From a virus, in the IMG/VR virus record IMGVR_UViG_3300022921_001386: a stretch of DNA of 64,000 nt, one strand, 5' to 3'. The position numbers and the translations under genes are program-made. Position 1 is the stretch's first letter; each line of letters opens with the position of its first letter. Below the pieces are notes generated by a model. That model was not told the origin of the DNA. It ran no database searches and saw only the letters and a program-made list of their open reading frames with translations. Shown one piece after another: positions 47,362 to 57,747 of this stretch.

Positions 47362-48532
47362 ACTGTTTTATATGGGGCTAGAGCCCTATGAAGGCAGGTA
47401 CACACTCCAGTTGCAAGACTGGAGTGAACGTGCATTTAAAAAACGTGGCATTGACTACGTTGTTGTACCTGGCAAAACTATTGACAATACTAAAGCTATT
47501 AGTGTTGGACAAGTGTTAGATGCACACGGACGCAGTTACTTTGGTATGAGTCAGATGATGAATCTTGTACAAATGATGCGTGAAGGTGAATGTACTGGCG
47601 AAGACGTTGTTTTCTTTGAAGACATGTTTCAGCCAGGCATGGAATCACTTCCATATATTATGGATCAGATTCCAGAAGAACAACGCCCTAAGGTTTGGGT
47701 GCGTTGTTTGGCACAAGCCGTAGACCCAGATGACTTTGTTCATGTTTGGGGTATGGGCAAATGGATGAGTTTGTATGAAGAAATGTGCAACGAGTTTGTT
47801 ACTGGCGTACTAGCAAGTAATGAAGAAATGGTTGCTAACATGAAGATTGCAAACTGGAAGGCTCCTCTCTACAATGTCAGTGGACTTGCATTTGATAAGA
47901 CTGAAGTGCAAGAACGTGTAAATGGTGTAATCAAAGATTGGACAGATCGTAAGGATCGTGTTGTGTTTACTGCACGGTTTGATCAAGAAAAACAACCAGA
48001 CTTCTACATGGATTTGATTGAAGAATGGTACGGTACACCCGGAACACCTGAAGTAGAGTTTGCTATTTTACAAGGCGGACCATTGCGTAGTAACAATCAA
48101 AAGTATATTGATCGTGCTAGAAAAATGGCAGAACGTGGCCAACTTGTTATCTACGAAAACTTGAAGAAGGACGAATATTACGATATTGTAAACAACAGTA
48201 AAGTATTGTTTAACTGTGCATTGCAGGACTGGACAAGCAATACTGTCAGCGAAGCAGACGCATTAGGTTGTAATGTGCTGTTTCCAGCGTATCGTAGTTT
48301 TCCTGAAATCTTTAACAACGATCATACACGCTTGTATGTTCCGTGGAGTATTGAAGATGCAATGAACAAAATGCAAACTTTATTACACATTCCACACAAA
48401 GATGTTGGCAAGATTTCAGATTGGACCACTGGTACTATTGATCGTTACATTGATATTATGCAAGGCAACGGTGAACAATGGAACCGCAACAGTAACCGCT
48501 ACAGAGATGAAGTAGCAACTACAAAATACTGA
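47354..48532 (+). CDS. GT-B glycosyltransferase (GT4-like)
   Basis: VVFTARFDQEKQP, Y......KVLFN.ALQD......EA...GC....P....FPE. Confidence 0.75.
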   Translation: MRKLFYMGLEPYEGRYTLQLQDWSERAFKKRGIDYVVVPGKTIDNTKAISVGQVLDAHGRSYFGMSQMMNLVQMMREGECTGEDVVFFEDMFQPGMESLPYIMDQIPEEQRPKVWVRCLAQAVDPDDFVHVWGMGKWMSLYEEMCNEFVTGVLASNEEMVANMKIANWKAPLYNVSGLAFDKTEVQERVNGVIKDWTDRKDRVVFTARFDQEKQPDFYMDLIEEWYGTPGTPEVEFAILQGGPLRSNNQKYIDRARKMAERGQLVIYENLKKDEYYDIVNNSKVLFNCALQDWTSNTVSEADALGCNVLFPAYRSFPEIFNNDHTRLYVPWSIEDAMNKMQTLLHIPHKDVGKISDWTTGTIDRYIDIMQGNGEQWNRNSNRYRDEVATTKY

Positions 48533-48540
48533 GTAATAAT

Positions 48541-48957
48541 ATGTCAAATGTTGTTAGCATTCATAAAGCATACGCACCAAAGTGCTGTCATCCAAACTGT
48601 TCTACTCGGGTAGGATATCATAATAAAAAAAGAAAAACAGACGGCTCGTGGAGTTATAAATGGAAGGCATTTTGCGAATATCATCGTACTGATGTTGTTG
48701 GTAAAAGTCTTGTAGATGCATTTAAAGCTTCTCGAGGCGGATGTGAAAGCCAAATACTTGGATGGCCGTGCCCCGGTCACCATGGCGACTTAACTATTGA
48801 TCACTACGACGGCGACAAGCATAATAACAACGAAGATAACTTGTTGGTATTATGCCCAAATTGCCATGCAAAGAAAACAAAGTTGTATGGTGATAATCGA
48901 GTAAGGTATAATAATATTCAAGCATTGCCTGCTCACTTATGGGATGTAAAAGCATGA
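48541..48957 (+). mobile_element. free-standing HNH endonuclease gene
   Basis: DHYDGDKHNNNEDNLLVLCPNCH; inserted between glycosyltransferase and galE. Confidence 0.75.
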
Positions 48958-49826
48958 GAGTATTGGTCACAGGCGCAACTGGTTATATTGGTAGCCATGT
49001 TTGTAAACTATTAAAAGAGCACGGACATCATGTTACTGCTTGGGATATTAACATTCACGGTGAATACAATGACATCATGGCATACTGTGACCAATACTCG
49101 AGCTCTGATATTACAAAGTTTGTACACGGCTCGTATGATGCTGTTGTACACTTAGCAGGACGCAGTGTGGTGCCGCAGAGCTTGTTAGAGCCCACAGAGT
49201 ACTATAGAGTAAATGTAATGGGCACTGCTAACTTGTTAGAGCGTGTACAAACTGATCACATACTGTTTGCTAGTACCAGTAGTGCTTGGGAAATGGCTTC
49301 GCCTTATGCTAGAAGCAAAGTAGCAGCAGAAGATGTAATCAAGGAGAAAGCCAATGGATACACAATCTTTAGATTTTTTAACGTATCTGGTACTGACGGC
49401 GTTAATCGTCAACTAGGCGATCCTACCCATCTTATTCGTGTTGCTGCTATGGTGGCTGCTGAGAAACTACCCGACATTAAGATCTTTGGTACGGACTATG
49501 ATACTAGGGATGGCACTTGTATTCGTGATTATATTCATGTTGTTGATTTGGCTCGTGCCATTGTCAACGGAGTGGAACGAGGTCCTGCCAACACACCATA
49601 CGAATGTCTTGGTTCTAACGTAGGATACAGTGTGCGTGAAGTAATCAATACCATGCAGCAAGTCACTGGTAAAAAGTTAAATACTATTAAAGCAGAACGC
49701 AGAGAAGGTGATGCTGTATCTAGTGTTGTAGATAATCTTAGTGATTTAGTAACATTAGAAAAAAGCATCGAAGATATGTGTTTAGATCAATACACCCTGG
49801 AGATTAGAAAAAATGGAAAAACTTAA
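48954..49826 (+). CDS. galE: UDP-glucose 4-epimerase-like NAD-dependent epimerase
   Basis: VTGATGYIGSH, YARSK, RFFNV, IFGTDYDTRDGTCIRDYIHVVDLA. Confidence 0.88.
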   Translation: MRVLVTGATGYIGSHVCKLLKEHGHHVTAWDINIHGEYNDIMAYCDQYSSSDITKFVHGSYDAVVHLAGRSVVPQSLLEPTEYYRVNVMGTANLLERVQTDHILFASTSSAWEMASPYARSKVAAEDVIKEKANGYTIFRFFNVSGTDGVNRQLGDPTHLIRVAAMVAAEKLPDIKIFGTDYDTRDGTCIRDYIHVVDLARAIVNGVERGPANTPYECLGSNVGYSVREVINTMQQVTGKKLNTIKAERREGDAVSSVVDNLSDLVTLEKSIEDMCLDQYTLEIRKNGKT

Positions 49827-50040
49827 TAAACTCACATTACAAATAGTAGAGATGTTAGATAATGGCGATCTTATGGGATGCTATAGTTTATTTGAAGCAG
49901 AGATAAGAGATATTATACCAACTTTAGATCAAGAATCAGAAATAGGAAAAACGTGGCTACATCAAGTTAAACTGATCGACGACGAAGACTGGGGCGGAGT
50001 AATGGAAAATATGGAAAATATTAGAAAGTTTGTTGAATAA
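49813..50040 (+). CDS. hypothetical protein
   Basis: GGAG RBS, coupled ORF. Confidence 0.55.
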   Translation: MEKLNKLTLQIVEMLDNGDLMGCYSLFEAEIRDIIPTLDQESEIGKTWLHQVKLIDDEDWGGVMENMENIRKFVE

Positions 50041-50360
50041 TGGAAGAAGATACTATTACTATTAGTAGTGACAATGAATATACGTTTGACATCGCTGATT
50101 TAACAGTTGATACCATTGATATTAGTAGTATTACATCAAGTACTGTTAGTACTATTACACTTGAAGGCACACACTGGTCAGACGGGATTACTTGGGAACA
50201 AGTTGAGTTCGAAGATAGTATGCCCAGTGTTGCCAAAGTAGAAGATATGTGCAATGATTATCCGGCATTGGCAACAGCATACGAAAACTTTAAAACTATC
50301 TACTCTCTAGTACATCAAGACTGGAAAGGCAAACAAAATGATGATGCGCATCCATTCTAA
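50040..50360 (+). CDS. hypothetical protein
   Basis: MC..YPAL..AYENFKT.Y.LV..DW. Confidence 0.6.
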   Translation: MEEDTITISSDNEYTFDIADLTVDTIDISSITSSTVSTITLEGTHWSDGITWEQVEFEDSMPSVAKVEDMCNDYPALATAYENFKTIYSLVHQDWKGKQNDDAHPF

Positions 50361-50862
50361 TATAACACCAGATTGGAATATTGATGATTACAAATCATTA
50401 AGCTTCAAACGTGATACTGTAAAAGGGCAAACTACAGTACAGGAATACTTTCGAGTAGGACATCAGCCTGGCCGAATGACAATGCTCAACTATTTTGAAC
50501 CTAACCCTATGCCTAGTAGTGTTGATTATGTTAAAACATTTTTCAGCGATTTAGTTAATGTTACTGCGGCGATTAATGTGTTTGAACCTGGACACTACTT
50601 ACCATTACATCGAGACAACTATAGAAAATATCAAAGTGTTGCTAAAGAGATTTTAAAAGACAGAGGCATAAATGCAATATACCGATATGTTGTTATGCTT
50701 GAAGATAGTGTTCCTGGGCAAATGATGCATATTGGAAGTACTATACATCATACATGGAGCGCTGGCGATGTATTTGGTTGGGTTGGTGACGAAATGCATA
50801 CATTTTATAATATGAGTTTAAAGGATCGATATGCAATACAAATTACAGGAATACAACCGTAG
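50338..50862 (+). CDS. 2OG-Fe(II) dioxygenase/cupin-like protein
   Basis: PG..LPLHRD...W..GD.....D.MH...N....RYAIQITG (HxD...H...R). Confidence 0.7.
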   Translation: MMMRIHSNITPDWNIDDYKSLSFKRDTVKGQTTVQEYFRVGHQPGRMTMLNYFEPNPMPSSVDYVKTFFSDLVNVTAAINVFEPGHYLPLHRDNYRKYQSVAKEILKDRGINAIYRYVVMLEDSVPGQMMHIGSTIHHTWSAGDVFGWVGDEMHTFYNMSLKDRYAIQITGIQP

Positions 50863-52108
50863 TGATGTTTTTTTAGATAACTGTTTGGTTATACAAATAA
50901 AAGGTCAAACTCGATTTGTAGATGAAAAATATAATATACTAAACAATCTCAACAACTATATTGGATGTGATCAAATGTATAAAATGAGTTTTTTAAGTCA
51001 TTATGATGGAAACTTTATACAAATACACGATATGGGACATCTTCCATACTTGGAGAATTTAAATCTAAGCTCTATTGATATTAATGAACTAAACAAAAAT
51101 AAGCTAACTATTTTTCTCACTGAACAAATAATTCATACTGATAACGATTATTGTAGAATATTACTAGGAACAGATGATACTGTAAGCACCTTAACGTCTG
51201 GCATTCCTTACAATACTACAAACACTATTTGGTCGCCCGAACTTGACAGTATTGAAATATTTGTAAAAAATAATAATCTAACCAATGTTTCAGTTTGTGT
51301 AAGTTTTGATGACATCACTGATATTTACAAAGACAGATACAGTTTTAACTTATATCGAAATGATGCTTGTTTAGATGCACTAAACAACTTATATAAATCA
51401 TTTGATGAGGTAGAACATATTCGACCTGTTGACATTAACAAAAAGTTTTGGTGTGCAAACTGGAGATATAGTTCTCATAGACATCTTATTACAGCATATG
51501 CTAGTACACTTGACACTGAATATAGTTGGGGATTTATTGACGACGACTTGAAAGTTTTAAAAAATTTATGGTTAGATTTAGAAAACTTTAAATTCAAAAA
51601 TAGCATTGTTGATAGATTAGAATATTTAAACAAAAACAATAGAAGTATAGATATACCAACTACGTCGATGGAGATTGATGGCAACATACTTGACGAAGCT
51701 AAACGTCTACAAGAAATACCAGCTGGACCATATGATACTAATCAATATGCTAGTAGTGATTTATTTAAAAATACATTTTGTTCAATTGTTAATTTAAGTA
51801 CATTTGCAGAGCCGTTTCCCTGCTACGATGAAAAACCACTAAATGCAATATTTAACTTACGTCCATTTATATTATGTGGACCACCGGGCAGTTTGGCACT
51901 TATGCGTAAAGATGGGTTTAAAACGTTTGGAGATTTTTGGGACGAATCATACGACAATGAGTTGGATCATACCAAACGTTTAGAAAAAATATTCAAACTA
52001 ATAGATGAGATAGATAGTTGGAGCATACGTGATTGTCAAGAAATATATGCCAACATGATTCCAACACTATTTGAAAACTATCATAAATTTAAAAAACCAA
52101 ACTTATGA
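50831..52108 (+). CDS. hypothetical protein, possible glycosyltransferase-related
   Basis: C-terminal EK....I....PFI..G....L..MR..GFKTF..FWDESYD family motif. Confidence 0.5.
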   Translation: MQYKLQEYNRSDVFLDNCLVIQIKGQTRFVDEKYNILNNLNNYIGCDQMYKMSFLSHYDGNFIQIHDMGHLPYLENLNLSSIDINELNKNKLTIFLTEQIIHTDNDYCRILLGTDDTVSTLTSGIPYNTTNTIWSPELDSIEIFVKNNNLTNVSVCVSFDDITDIYKDRYSFNLYRNDACLDALNNLYKSFDEVEHIRPVDINKKFWCANWRYSSHRHLITAYASTLDTEYSWGFIDDDLKVLKNLWLDLENFKFKNSIVDRLEYLNKNNRSIDIPTTSMEIDGNILDEAKRLQEIPAGPYDTNQYASSDLFKNTFCSIVNLSTFAEPFPCYDEKPLNAIFNLRPFILCGPPGSLALMRKDGFKTFGDFWDESYDNELDHTKRLEKIFKLIDEIDSWSIRDCQEIYANMIPTLFENYHKFKKPNL

Positions 52109-53034
52109 AATGTGCAGCGTTATACAATCATACTAACATAAGGGGAGGTGATCGCATCTTCCCTTGCTGCCGTTTTAAAAACAGCATACAATGGTTTGAC
52201 GGTGACGTAAACAACATACTAAACAGTTACAGTTACAATCTACTTAGAAGTAGAATGGAATCTGGCGAAAAGTTACCAGAATGTGCCAAGTGCTGGCATG
52301 AAGAAAATCTAGGCAAACCTAGTCTTAGACAATGGTTCAACGAAAACTACAGTACAGATGAAATCAAACTTAGATACCTTGAGGTAGGATTTGACAACAT
52401 TTGCGATCTAACCTGTGACGGATGTTGGGAAGAATGGAGCAGTAGTTGGTGGGTTAAAAAGAATCCCGGACTTCCTCCCAAACAAGGTATTACTAGTACA
52501 ACTGAATTTAGAAACATTCCAGAAAGCATTGAAAAGGTTGTGTTTTTAGGCGGTGAGCCTCTAATGACCAATAGGCACAGACGCTTCTTGGAAAGTTTTG
52601 ATACGTTAGAACATTTAGAAGTAGAATACTTTACAAACGGTATGCATAGTTTAACACAAGAGGATTACGCTGTATTGAGTAAATGCAAACGTGTACATTT
52701 CACTGTAAGCATAGATGGTGTCGGTGCACTAAATGAACAAGTACGTGGAAACAGTATTTGGAGTAAGGTTCTAAAAACACTAGACGAGATTGCTGACACA
52801 TTTGATTATACTATTCATACTACAATACATAAAAATAACTGGCATGGATTGCCTGATATGTACCAATGGACAAAAAAATATGCAAAATGGACAACAAATG
52901 TCTTGACATATCCTAAAAAATTAGATATAATAAACTTAGAGCAGTGTGACAAACAAAAACTTTTGGATATCTTAGATGAGTTTGATATTCCAAATAAACA
53001 ATATATAGGCACACACTTAAAAGGAGACGCATAA
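52105..53034 (+). CDS. radical SAM protein with N-terminal SPASM/twitch-like Cys cluster
   Basis: PCC...CAKCW; CDLTCDGC; GGEPL; TNG; SIDG. Confidence 0.85.
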   Translation: MKCAALYNHTNIRGGDRIFPCCRFKNSIQWFDGDVNNILNSYSYNLLRSRMESGEKLPECAKCWHEENLGKPSLRQWFNENYSTDEIKLRYLEVGFDNICDLTCDGCWEEWSSSWWVKKNPGLPPKQGITSTTEFRNIPESIEKVVFLGGEPLMTNRHRRFLESFDTLEHLEVEYFTNGMHSLTQEDYAVLSKCKRVHFTVSIDGVGALNEQVRGNSIWSKVLKTLDEIADTFDYTIHTTIHKNNWHGLPDMYQWTKKYAKWTTNVLTYPKKLDIINLEQCDKQKLLDILDEFDIPNKQYIGTHLKGDA

Positions 53035-53645
53035 TGGATATGCGAAGTTATGAAGATTGGCAAGTACACGATGCTACTGAAGGATCAGTAGAAGATGTTA
53101 CTTGGAACAGCAATGACCTTCTTACGTTACCGTGGGAAGCAACATATATGACAGACGAAATTCCCGAAGATAGTAGTTGGGATACATTTGCAACAAAAAA
53201 CAAAAAAGCATTAGAAGCAATGTACGCACAATGGGGAGTACCTAAAGAAGGTAGCTTACACTATATGAGCATACGTCCTGCACTTACAAAAGGACTAGGC
53301 AGTATTATTTCTCCGTATGCACATATGACATTTAACTATAACTTTTTAAAACTTACACCGGGTTGTAGTTTAATGTGGCACTTTGATACATATGCTACAT
53401 TTGTAAGATACAACAACATTGCAGAAGACGATGTTCACAATGTATGTAGAACTGTTATTATGATGAAAGACTGGGATAGAGGACAAGTATTACAAGTAGG
53501 TGATGAAGTTTACACACATTGGCAAGAAGGTGATACGTACACTTGGAAAGGCGATACGTGGCACGGTATGGCAAACTTTGGTCCTAGTGACATAGTTGTT
53601 GCACAAGTAACATTTTTGGATGAAAATGACCGATATACCCAATGA
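53034..53645 (+). CDS. 2OG-Fe(II) dioxygenase/cupin-like protein
   Basis: PG..LMWHFD...W..GD...W....WHG.AN.G; paralogue of 50338-50862. Confidence 0.7.
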   Translation: MDMRSYEDWQVHDATEGSVEDVTWNSNDLLTLPWEATYMTDEIPEDSSWDTFATKNKKALEAMYAQWGVPKEGSLHYMSIRPALTKGLGSIISPYAHMTFNYNFLKLTPGCSLMWHFDTYATFVRYNNIAEDDVHNVCRTVIMMKDWDRGQVLQVGDEVYTHWQEGDTYTWKGDTWHGMANFGPSDIVVAQVTFLDENDRYTQ

Positions 53646-54525
53646 TAAACGCAGCATGGATTTTGGCAGTGCATTTGCTATAGCAGATCCAGAAACTATA
53701 AAGCTGTTGCGTCAAACTTTTAATTTTACCGATCTTAACAGCGATAGTATCATTGATGAGTTTTTGAATGAATATGACACTTGGATTAAAAGTGGCACAC
53801 TAAATGTATTTACTGGATTAGAAGATTTCAAATACAAATGCTATAGTAATGGTACTACTGAAAGTTTTGATAAGTTTTACATGAAAAATTCCAAGCGTAG
53901 GTTTCGCTGCTACAAAGGCGAGTATATGTATCATAAACTTGCATGGCGTGATAAGTTTGATTGGCAATGGTTAGAAGAGGCCCCGTTGCACAAAAACGAT
54001 GCTGTTGTTATAAGTTTGCCGTTTGCAGACACTGGCGACAAGCATACATTGTATCATGAACTTATGCGCAAGTGCAGCAAGCTAAACATACCTGTGTTAG
54101 TAGATTGTGCATACTACGGGGCTTGTAGGCATATACATATTGATTTAGCGTATCCGTGTATTACAGATGTTACATTTTCGTTAAGCAAAACATTCCCTGT
54201 TGCATATGCACGTATCGGAATACGCTATACTAGAGTTGACGATGATGACACTATGTTTGTGTATCATAAAATAAACTACAACAATAAAATAGGTGCATTG
54301 CTAGGATTAGAATATTTTAAGAACTTTACACCCGATTATATATCAAACAAATATCTTGACAAACAAACAGAATTCTGTAATAATACTAATGTGTTACCAA
54401 GTAAGACAGTATTATTTGGTATTGACAACAATAATAAATACCCTCAATACAACCGAGGCGGAACTAGTAATCGACTAAGTTTCCACAAGCAATATATTAA
54501 AGGACTAGACTTTGCCAGTACATAG
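53620..54525 (+). CDS. PLP-dependent enzyme (fold type I, aminotransferase-like)
   Basis: NGTTESF, VLVDCAY, FSLSKTF....RIG. Confidence 0.7.
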   Translation: MKMTDIPNDKRSMDFGSAFAIADPETIKLLRQTFNFTDLNSDSIIDEFLNEYDTWIKSGTLNVFTGLEDFKYKCYSNGTTESFDKFYMKNSKRRFRCYKGEYMYHKLAWRDKFDWQWLEEAPLHKNDAVVISLPFADTGDKHTLYHELMRKCSKLNIPVLVDCAYYGACRHIHIDLAYPCITDVTFSLSKTFPVAYARIGIRYTRVDDDDTMFVYHKINYNNKIGALLGLEYFKNFTPDYISNKYLDKQTEFCNNTNVLPSKTVLFGIDNNNKYPQYNRGGTSNRLSFHKQYIKGLDFAST

Positions 54526-55567
54526 TAATAACGATTGGGATCCACTAGAAGAAATTATTATTGGCACAGCAGAAAACTGTGTACATCCTACTATGAATAA
54601 GAGTACACACAGTTTTATCTATGGCGGAGAACAACTTGAAGATATCAAACAGTTTGACGGTCAACCTATTGAACAATGGATTGTAGATGAAGCAAACGAA
54701 GACTTAGAAGGTCTTGAAAAATGTTTGCAAGGGCTAGGTGTTAAAACATTACGTCCTGAACCAATAGATCACAACAAGAAGTTTAGCACACCAGAATGGG
54801 AAACAACAGGCTGGTATACTTTTTGTCCACGTGACTTACTACTACCATTGGACAATATGATTATTGAATGTCCAAGCCCTATGCGAGCAAGATACTTTGA
54901 AACTAGAGCATACTATAAACACTTGTATCGTTGGATGCAAGAAGGCACACAATGGATCAATGCTCCTAAGCCTATCCTAACAGATGACAACTATCAACTA
55001 GAAGACAGGCGTGATGCTACACTAGTAAACAAAGAGATTATTTTTGATGCACCTAACATTGTGCGACTAGGCAGAGACTTGCTGTGTCAAGTAAGCAACA
55101 GTGGTAATCAACTAGGCTTTCAGTGGCTAAAGACTATCTTAGAACCCAAGGGATATCGTTTGCACGTTGCAGAGAAGTATTATAGCTTTGCACACTTTGA
55201 CAGTACAGTACTACCTTTACGCCCAGGTTTGGTACTATTAAACGCAGGAAGACTAAGCGAGGATTGGTATCCACCTATTTTCAAAGACTGGGATAAGATC
55301 TGGGTAGGCGAAGAAGACTTGCACGTTCCGGCTGCAAACACAGGTGTTGCTCCATGTAGTCCTTACATTGGACTTAACTTTTTAAGTGTTAACGAAGAAC
55401 TGGTTATTGTAGACGAAAAGCAAGAGTCATTAAGACGCATCTTGGGCAAGCATGGTATTGATACTATTGGGTTGCCCATGCGTCAAGCACGTAGTATGAG
55501 CGGCGGCTTTCACTGTGCAACACTAGATACAAAACGCAAAGGTACACTAGAGGATTATTTTCAATGA
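54512..55567 (+). CDS. L-arginine amidinotransferase family (glycine/inosamine-phosphate type)
   Basis: WDPLEEIIIG, CPRD, FDA, HFDST, GGFHCATLD; TTG start after AAAGGA. Confidence 0.88.
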   Translation: MPVHSNNDWDPLEEIIIGTAENCVHPTMNKSTHSFIYGGEQLEDIKQFDGQPIEQWIVDEANEDLEGLEKCLQGLGVKTLRPEPIDHNKKFSTPEWETTGWYTFCPRDLLLPLDNMIIECPSPMRARYFETRAYYKHLYRWMQEGTQWINAPKPILTDDNYQLEDRRDATLVNKEIIFDAPNIVRLGRDLLCQVSNSGNQLGFQWLKTILEPKGYRLHVAEKYYSFAHFDSTVLPLRPGLVLLNAGRLSEDWYPPIFKDWDKIWVGEEDLHVPAANTGVAPCSPYIGLNFLSVNEELVIVDEKQESLRRILGKHGIDTIGLPMRQARSMSGGFHCATLDTKRKGTLEDYFQ

Positions 55568-55746
55568 CCATGAACCCACGGCCAAACAAAAACACAGATC
55601 AAGAAATGATTGATGAGTTTTTAAACAAGGGTGGAAAGATCACCAAAGGCAAAACTAAAGCAATGCCCAGTGAACTTGGCATCAGTAACAATCAATGGAA
55701 CAACAAACTTACTAAAGCAGAAAAAGATGCAAAGGACGGCAAGTAA
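55564..55746 (+). CDS. hypothetical protein
   Basis: IDEFLNKGGKITK motif. Confidence 0.6.
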   Translation: MTMNPRPNKNTDQEMIDEFLNKGGKITKGKTKAMPSELGISNNQWNNKLTKAEKDAKDGK

Positions 55747-55970
55747 TGTTACATACTATTGAAGATCTTATACATCGTATTAATTTAATGAAAGACAAAG
55801 CAATCTTATTGCATCGAGTTCGCAACGAGTTTGCTGAGATTTCTTATAAAGAATATGACAAAATAACATGTCAAAATCTTATTGCCGATATTCAAAGCAT
55901 TGCTCGAGGTATTGCTAACGATACCCAAGGCGATGAAATAAAAACAGAAATGGATGAATGGAAGAAATGA
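55746..55970 (+). CDS. hypothetical protein
   Basis: Coupled ORF. Confidence 0.55.
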   Translation: MLHTIEDLIHRINLMKDKAILLHRVRNEFAEISYKEYDKITCQNLIADIQSIARGIANDTQGDEIKTEMDEWKK

Positions 55971-57046
55971 ACAACTATATTTTTACTAGCGAAAGTGTTA
56001 GCGAAGGACACCCAGATAAGGTTGCAGACCAAATCTCGGACGCACTCGTTGATGCTGGGCTAAAGGCAGGTGATACTACAACTCGCGTTGCTATTGAAAC
56101 ACTTGTAACTACCAATCATGTAACATTGGCAGGCGAAGTAAAAAACTTTAACGTGAACAAAGAAGAAGTCAAAGAAATTGTGCGCAACACGGTTCGTGAG
56201 ATTGGTTATGAACAAGAAGGGTTTCATTGGGATAAACTAAACATCTACAATGAAATCCACAATCAAAGTGCAGACATTGCGCTGGGCACAGATGACTTTG
56301 GTGCAGGCGATCAGGGTATTATGTTTGGTTATGCCTGCAACGACAACGATGCATACTTGCCAGCACCAATCTATTATGCACACGAAATACTTAAAGAACT
56401 TAAACAACAGCGTCAGCATGTTTTAGGTCCAGATGCTAAGTCACAAGTAAGTGTCGAGTATGAAGGCGGCAAAGTCAAACGTATTGACCAAGTTGTTATC
56501 AGTACACAACACGGAGAAGGTCAAGTTGAACAAGCAAGAAACATTAGCAAACTTGCTGCAATGAATGTATTAGGAGATTTAGTAGATGAAAAAACTGTAT
56601 GGCATCTCAATCCAACGGGTAACTTTGTTATTGGTGGTCCAGATGGTGATGCTGGTGTCACTGGGCGCAAAATTATCGTTGATACTTATGGCGGTTTTGC
56701 CCCTCACGGTGGTGGCGCTTTTAGTGGAAAAGACCCTACAAAAGTAGATCGCAGTGCAGCATATATGGCACGTTGGCTTGCTAAAAACGTAGTAGCAGAT
56801 GACATGGCAGACTGGTGCCAGATACAGTTAAGCTATGCTATTGGCGTTAAAGAACCTACAAGTATCTATGTAGATTCAAATGGACACAATCGTAGTATCG
56901 AGCGTTTCATTCGAGAGAACATTGATCTAACACCTAAAGGAATCATTGACAGATTTGATTTATTCAAGTATACTAACTATAGTAAGAACTGCACATACGG
57001 ACACTTTGGCAACAAAGATGTACCTTGGGAAAAAATTGGATGGTAA
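55967..57046 (+). CDS. metK: S-adenosylmethionine synthetase
   Basis: FTSESVSEGHPDK, GAGDQG, GRKIIVDTYGG, GGGAFSGKDPTKVDRS. Confidence 0.97.
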   Translation: MNNYIFTSESVSEGHPDKVADQISDALVDAGLKAGDTTTRVAIETLVTTNHVTLAGEVKNFNVNKEEVKEIVRNTVREIGYEQEGFHWDKLNIYNEIHNQSADIALGTDDFGAGDQGIMFGYACNDNDAYLPAPIYYAHEILKELKQQRQHVLGPDAKSQVSVEYEGGKVKRIDQVVISTQHGEGQVEQARNISKLAAMNVLGDLVDEKTVWHLNPTGNFVIGGPDGDAGVTGRKIIVDTYGGFAPHGGGAFSGKDPTKVDRSAAYMARWLAKNVVADDMADWCQIQLSYAIGVKEPTSIYVDSNGHNRSIERFIRENIDLTPKGIIDRFDLFKYTNYSKNCTYGHFGNKDVPWEKIGW

Positions 57047-57594
57047 AAAAATACTACACATATGATGATGTACACAATGCTGCAATGCATATTGTATTGC
57101 AAATGTACAAAGACAACTGGCGGCCAGACTATGTTGTAGGCATTACAAGAGGCGGATTGCCTTTGGCATTGCGTATTAGTAACCTGCTAGATTGTCGTAT
57201 GGAAACACTCAAAGTTAAACTGCGAGACGGTAAGCCAGGCGAAGAATGCGAAAGCAACTGCTGGATGGCAGAAGATGCATTTGGATATGTGTCAGAGTTA
57301 GACCGCGACGGTATTATGGAAAATGTAAAAAGTGATTCAAATGCAAAGAAAAATATTCTCGTTGTAGATGACATTAATGATACTGGTGCTACATTTAACT
57401 GGATTAAACAAGACTGGATGAGCAGTTGTTTGCCCGACGATCCTAACTGGGATACTGTATGGGGCGGTAATGTAAGATTTGCTACTATGACTGAAAATTT
57501 TAGTAGTCAGTTTCCTGACGTCAACTATTGGTGGCACGAAGTAAATAAGTCAGAAGAAAATACCTGGCTAGTATATCCATGGGAATATGATTAA
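57040..57594 (+). CDS. purine phosphoribosyltransferase (Gpt/Xpt-like)
   Basis: GITRGGL, ILVVDDINDTGAT, W..YPWE. Confidence 0.85.
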   Translation: MVKKYYTYDDVHNAAMHIVLQMYKDNWRPDYVVGITRGGLPLALRISNLLDCRMETLKVKLRDGKPGEECESNCWMAEDAFGYVSELDRDGIMENVKSDSNAKKNILVVDDINDTGATFNWIKQDWMSSCLPDDPNWDTVWGGNVRFATMTENFSSQFPDVNYWWHEVNKSEENTWLVYPWEYD

Positions 57595-57603
57595 GGAGAT
57601 AAT

Positions 57604-57747
57604 ATGAGTTGTGGTTGCGGAAGATCGCCAACAGGTAGATGTGTTGGCTGGCATAGTTTGACAGAAGAAGAATATCATGTTAAACTAGATGAATACAATA
57701 AAAGACAAGCATTAAAGGAGAAAAAAAATGCAGGAACAACTAGTTAA
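57604..57747 (+). CDS. small CDGSH-like Cys3His protein (47 aa, not in ORF track)
   Basis: TAAGGAG RBS; MSCGCGRSPTGRCVGWH. Confidence 0.6.
   Translation: MSCGCGRSPTGRCVGWHSLTEEEYHVKLDEYNKRQALKEKKNAGTTS

Noticed and set aside
54512-55567. Amidinotransferase as archaeosine (dG+) synthase
   Set aside because: Known G+ formation uses ArcS, QueF-L or Gat-QueC acting on preQ0. This enzyme is the arginine-dependent type, and no QueC is present in the window to make preQ0.
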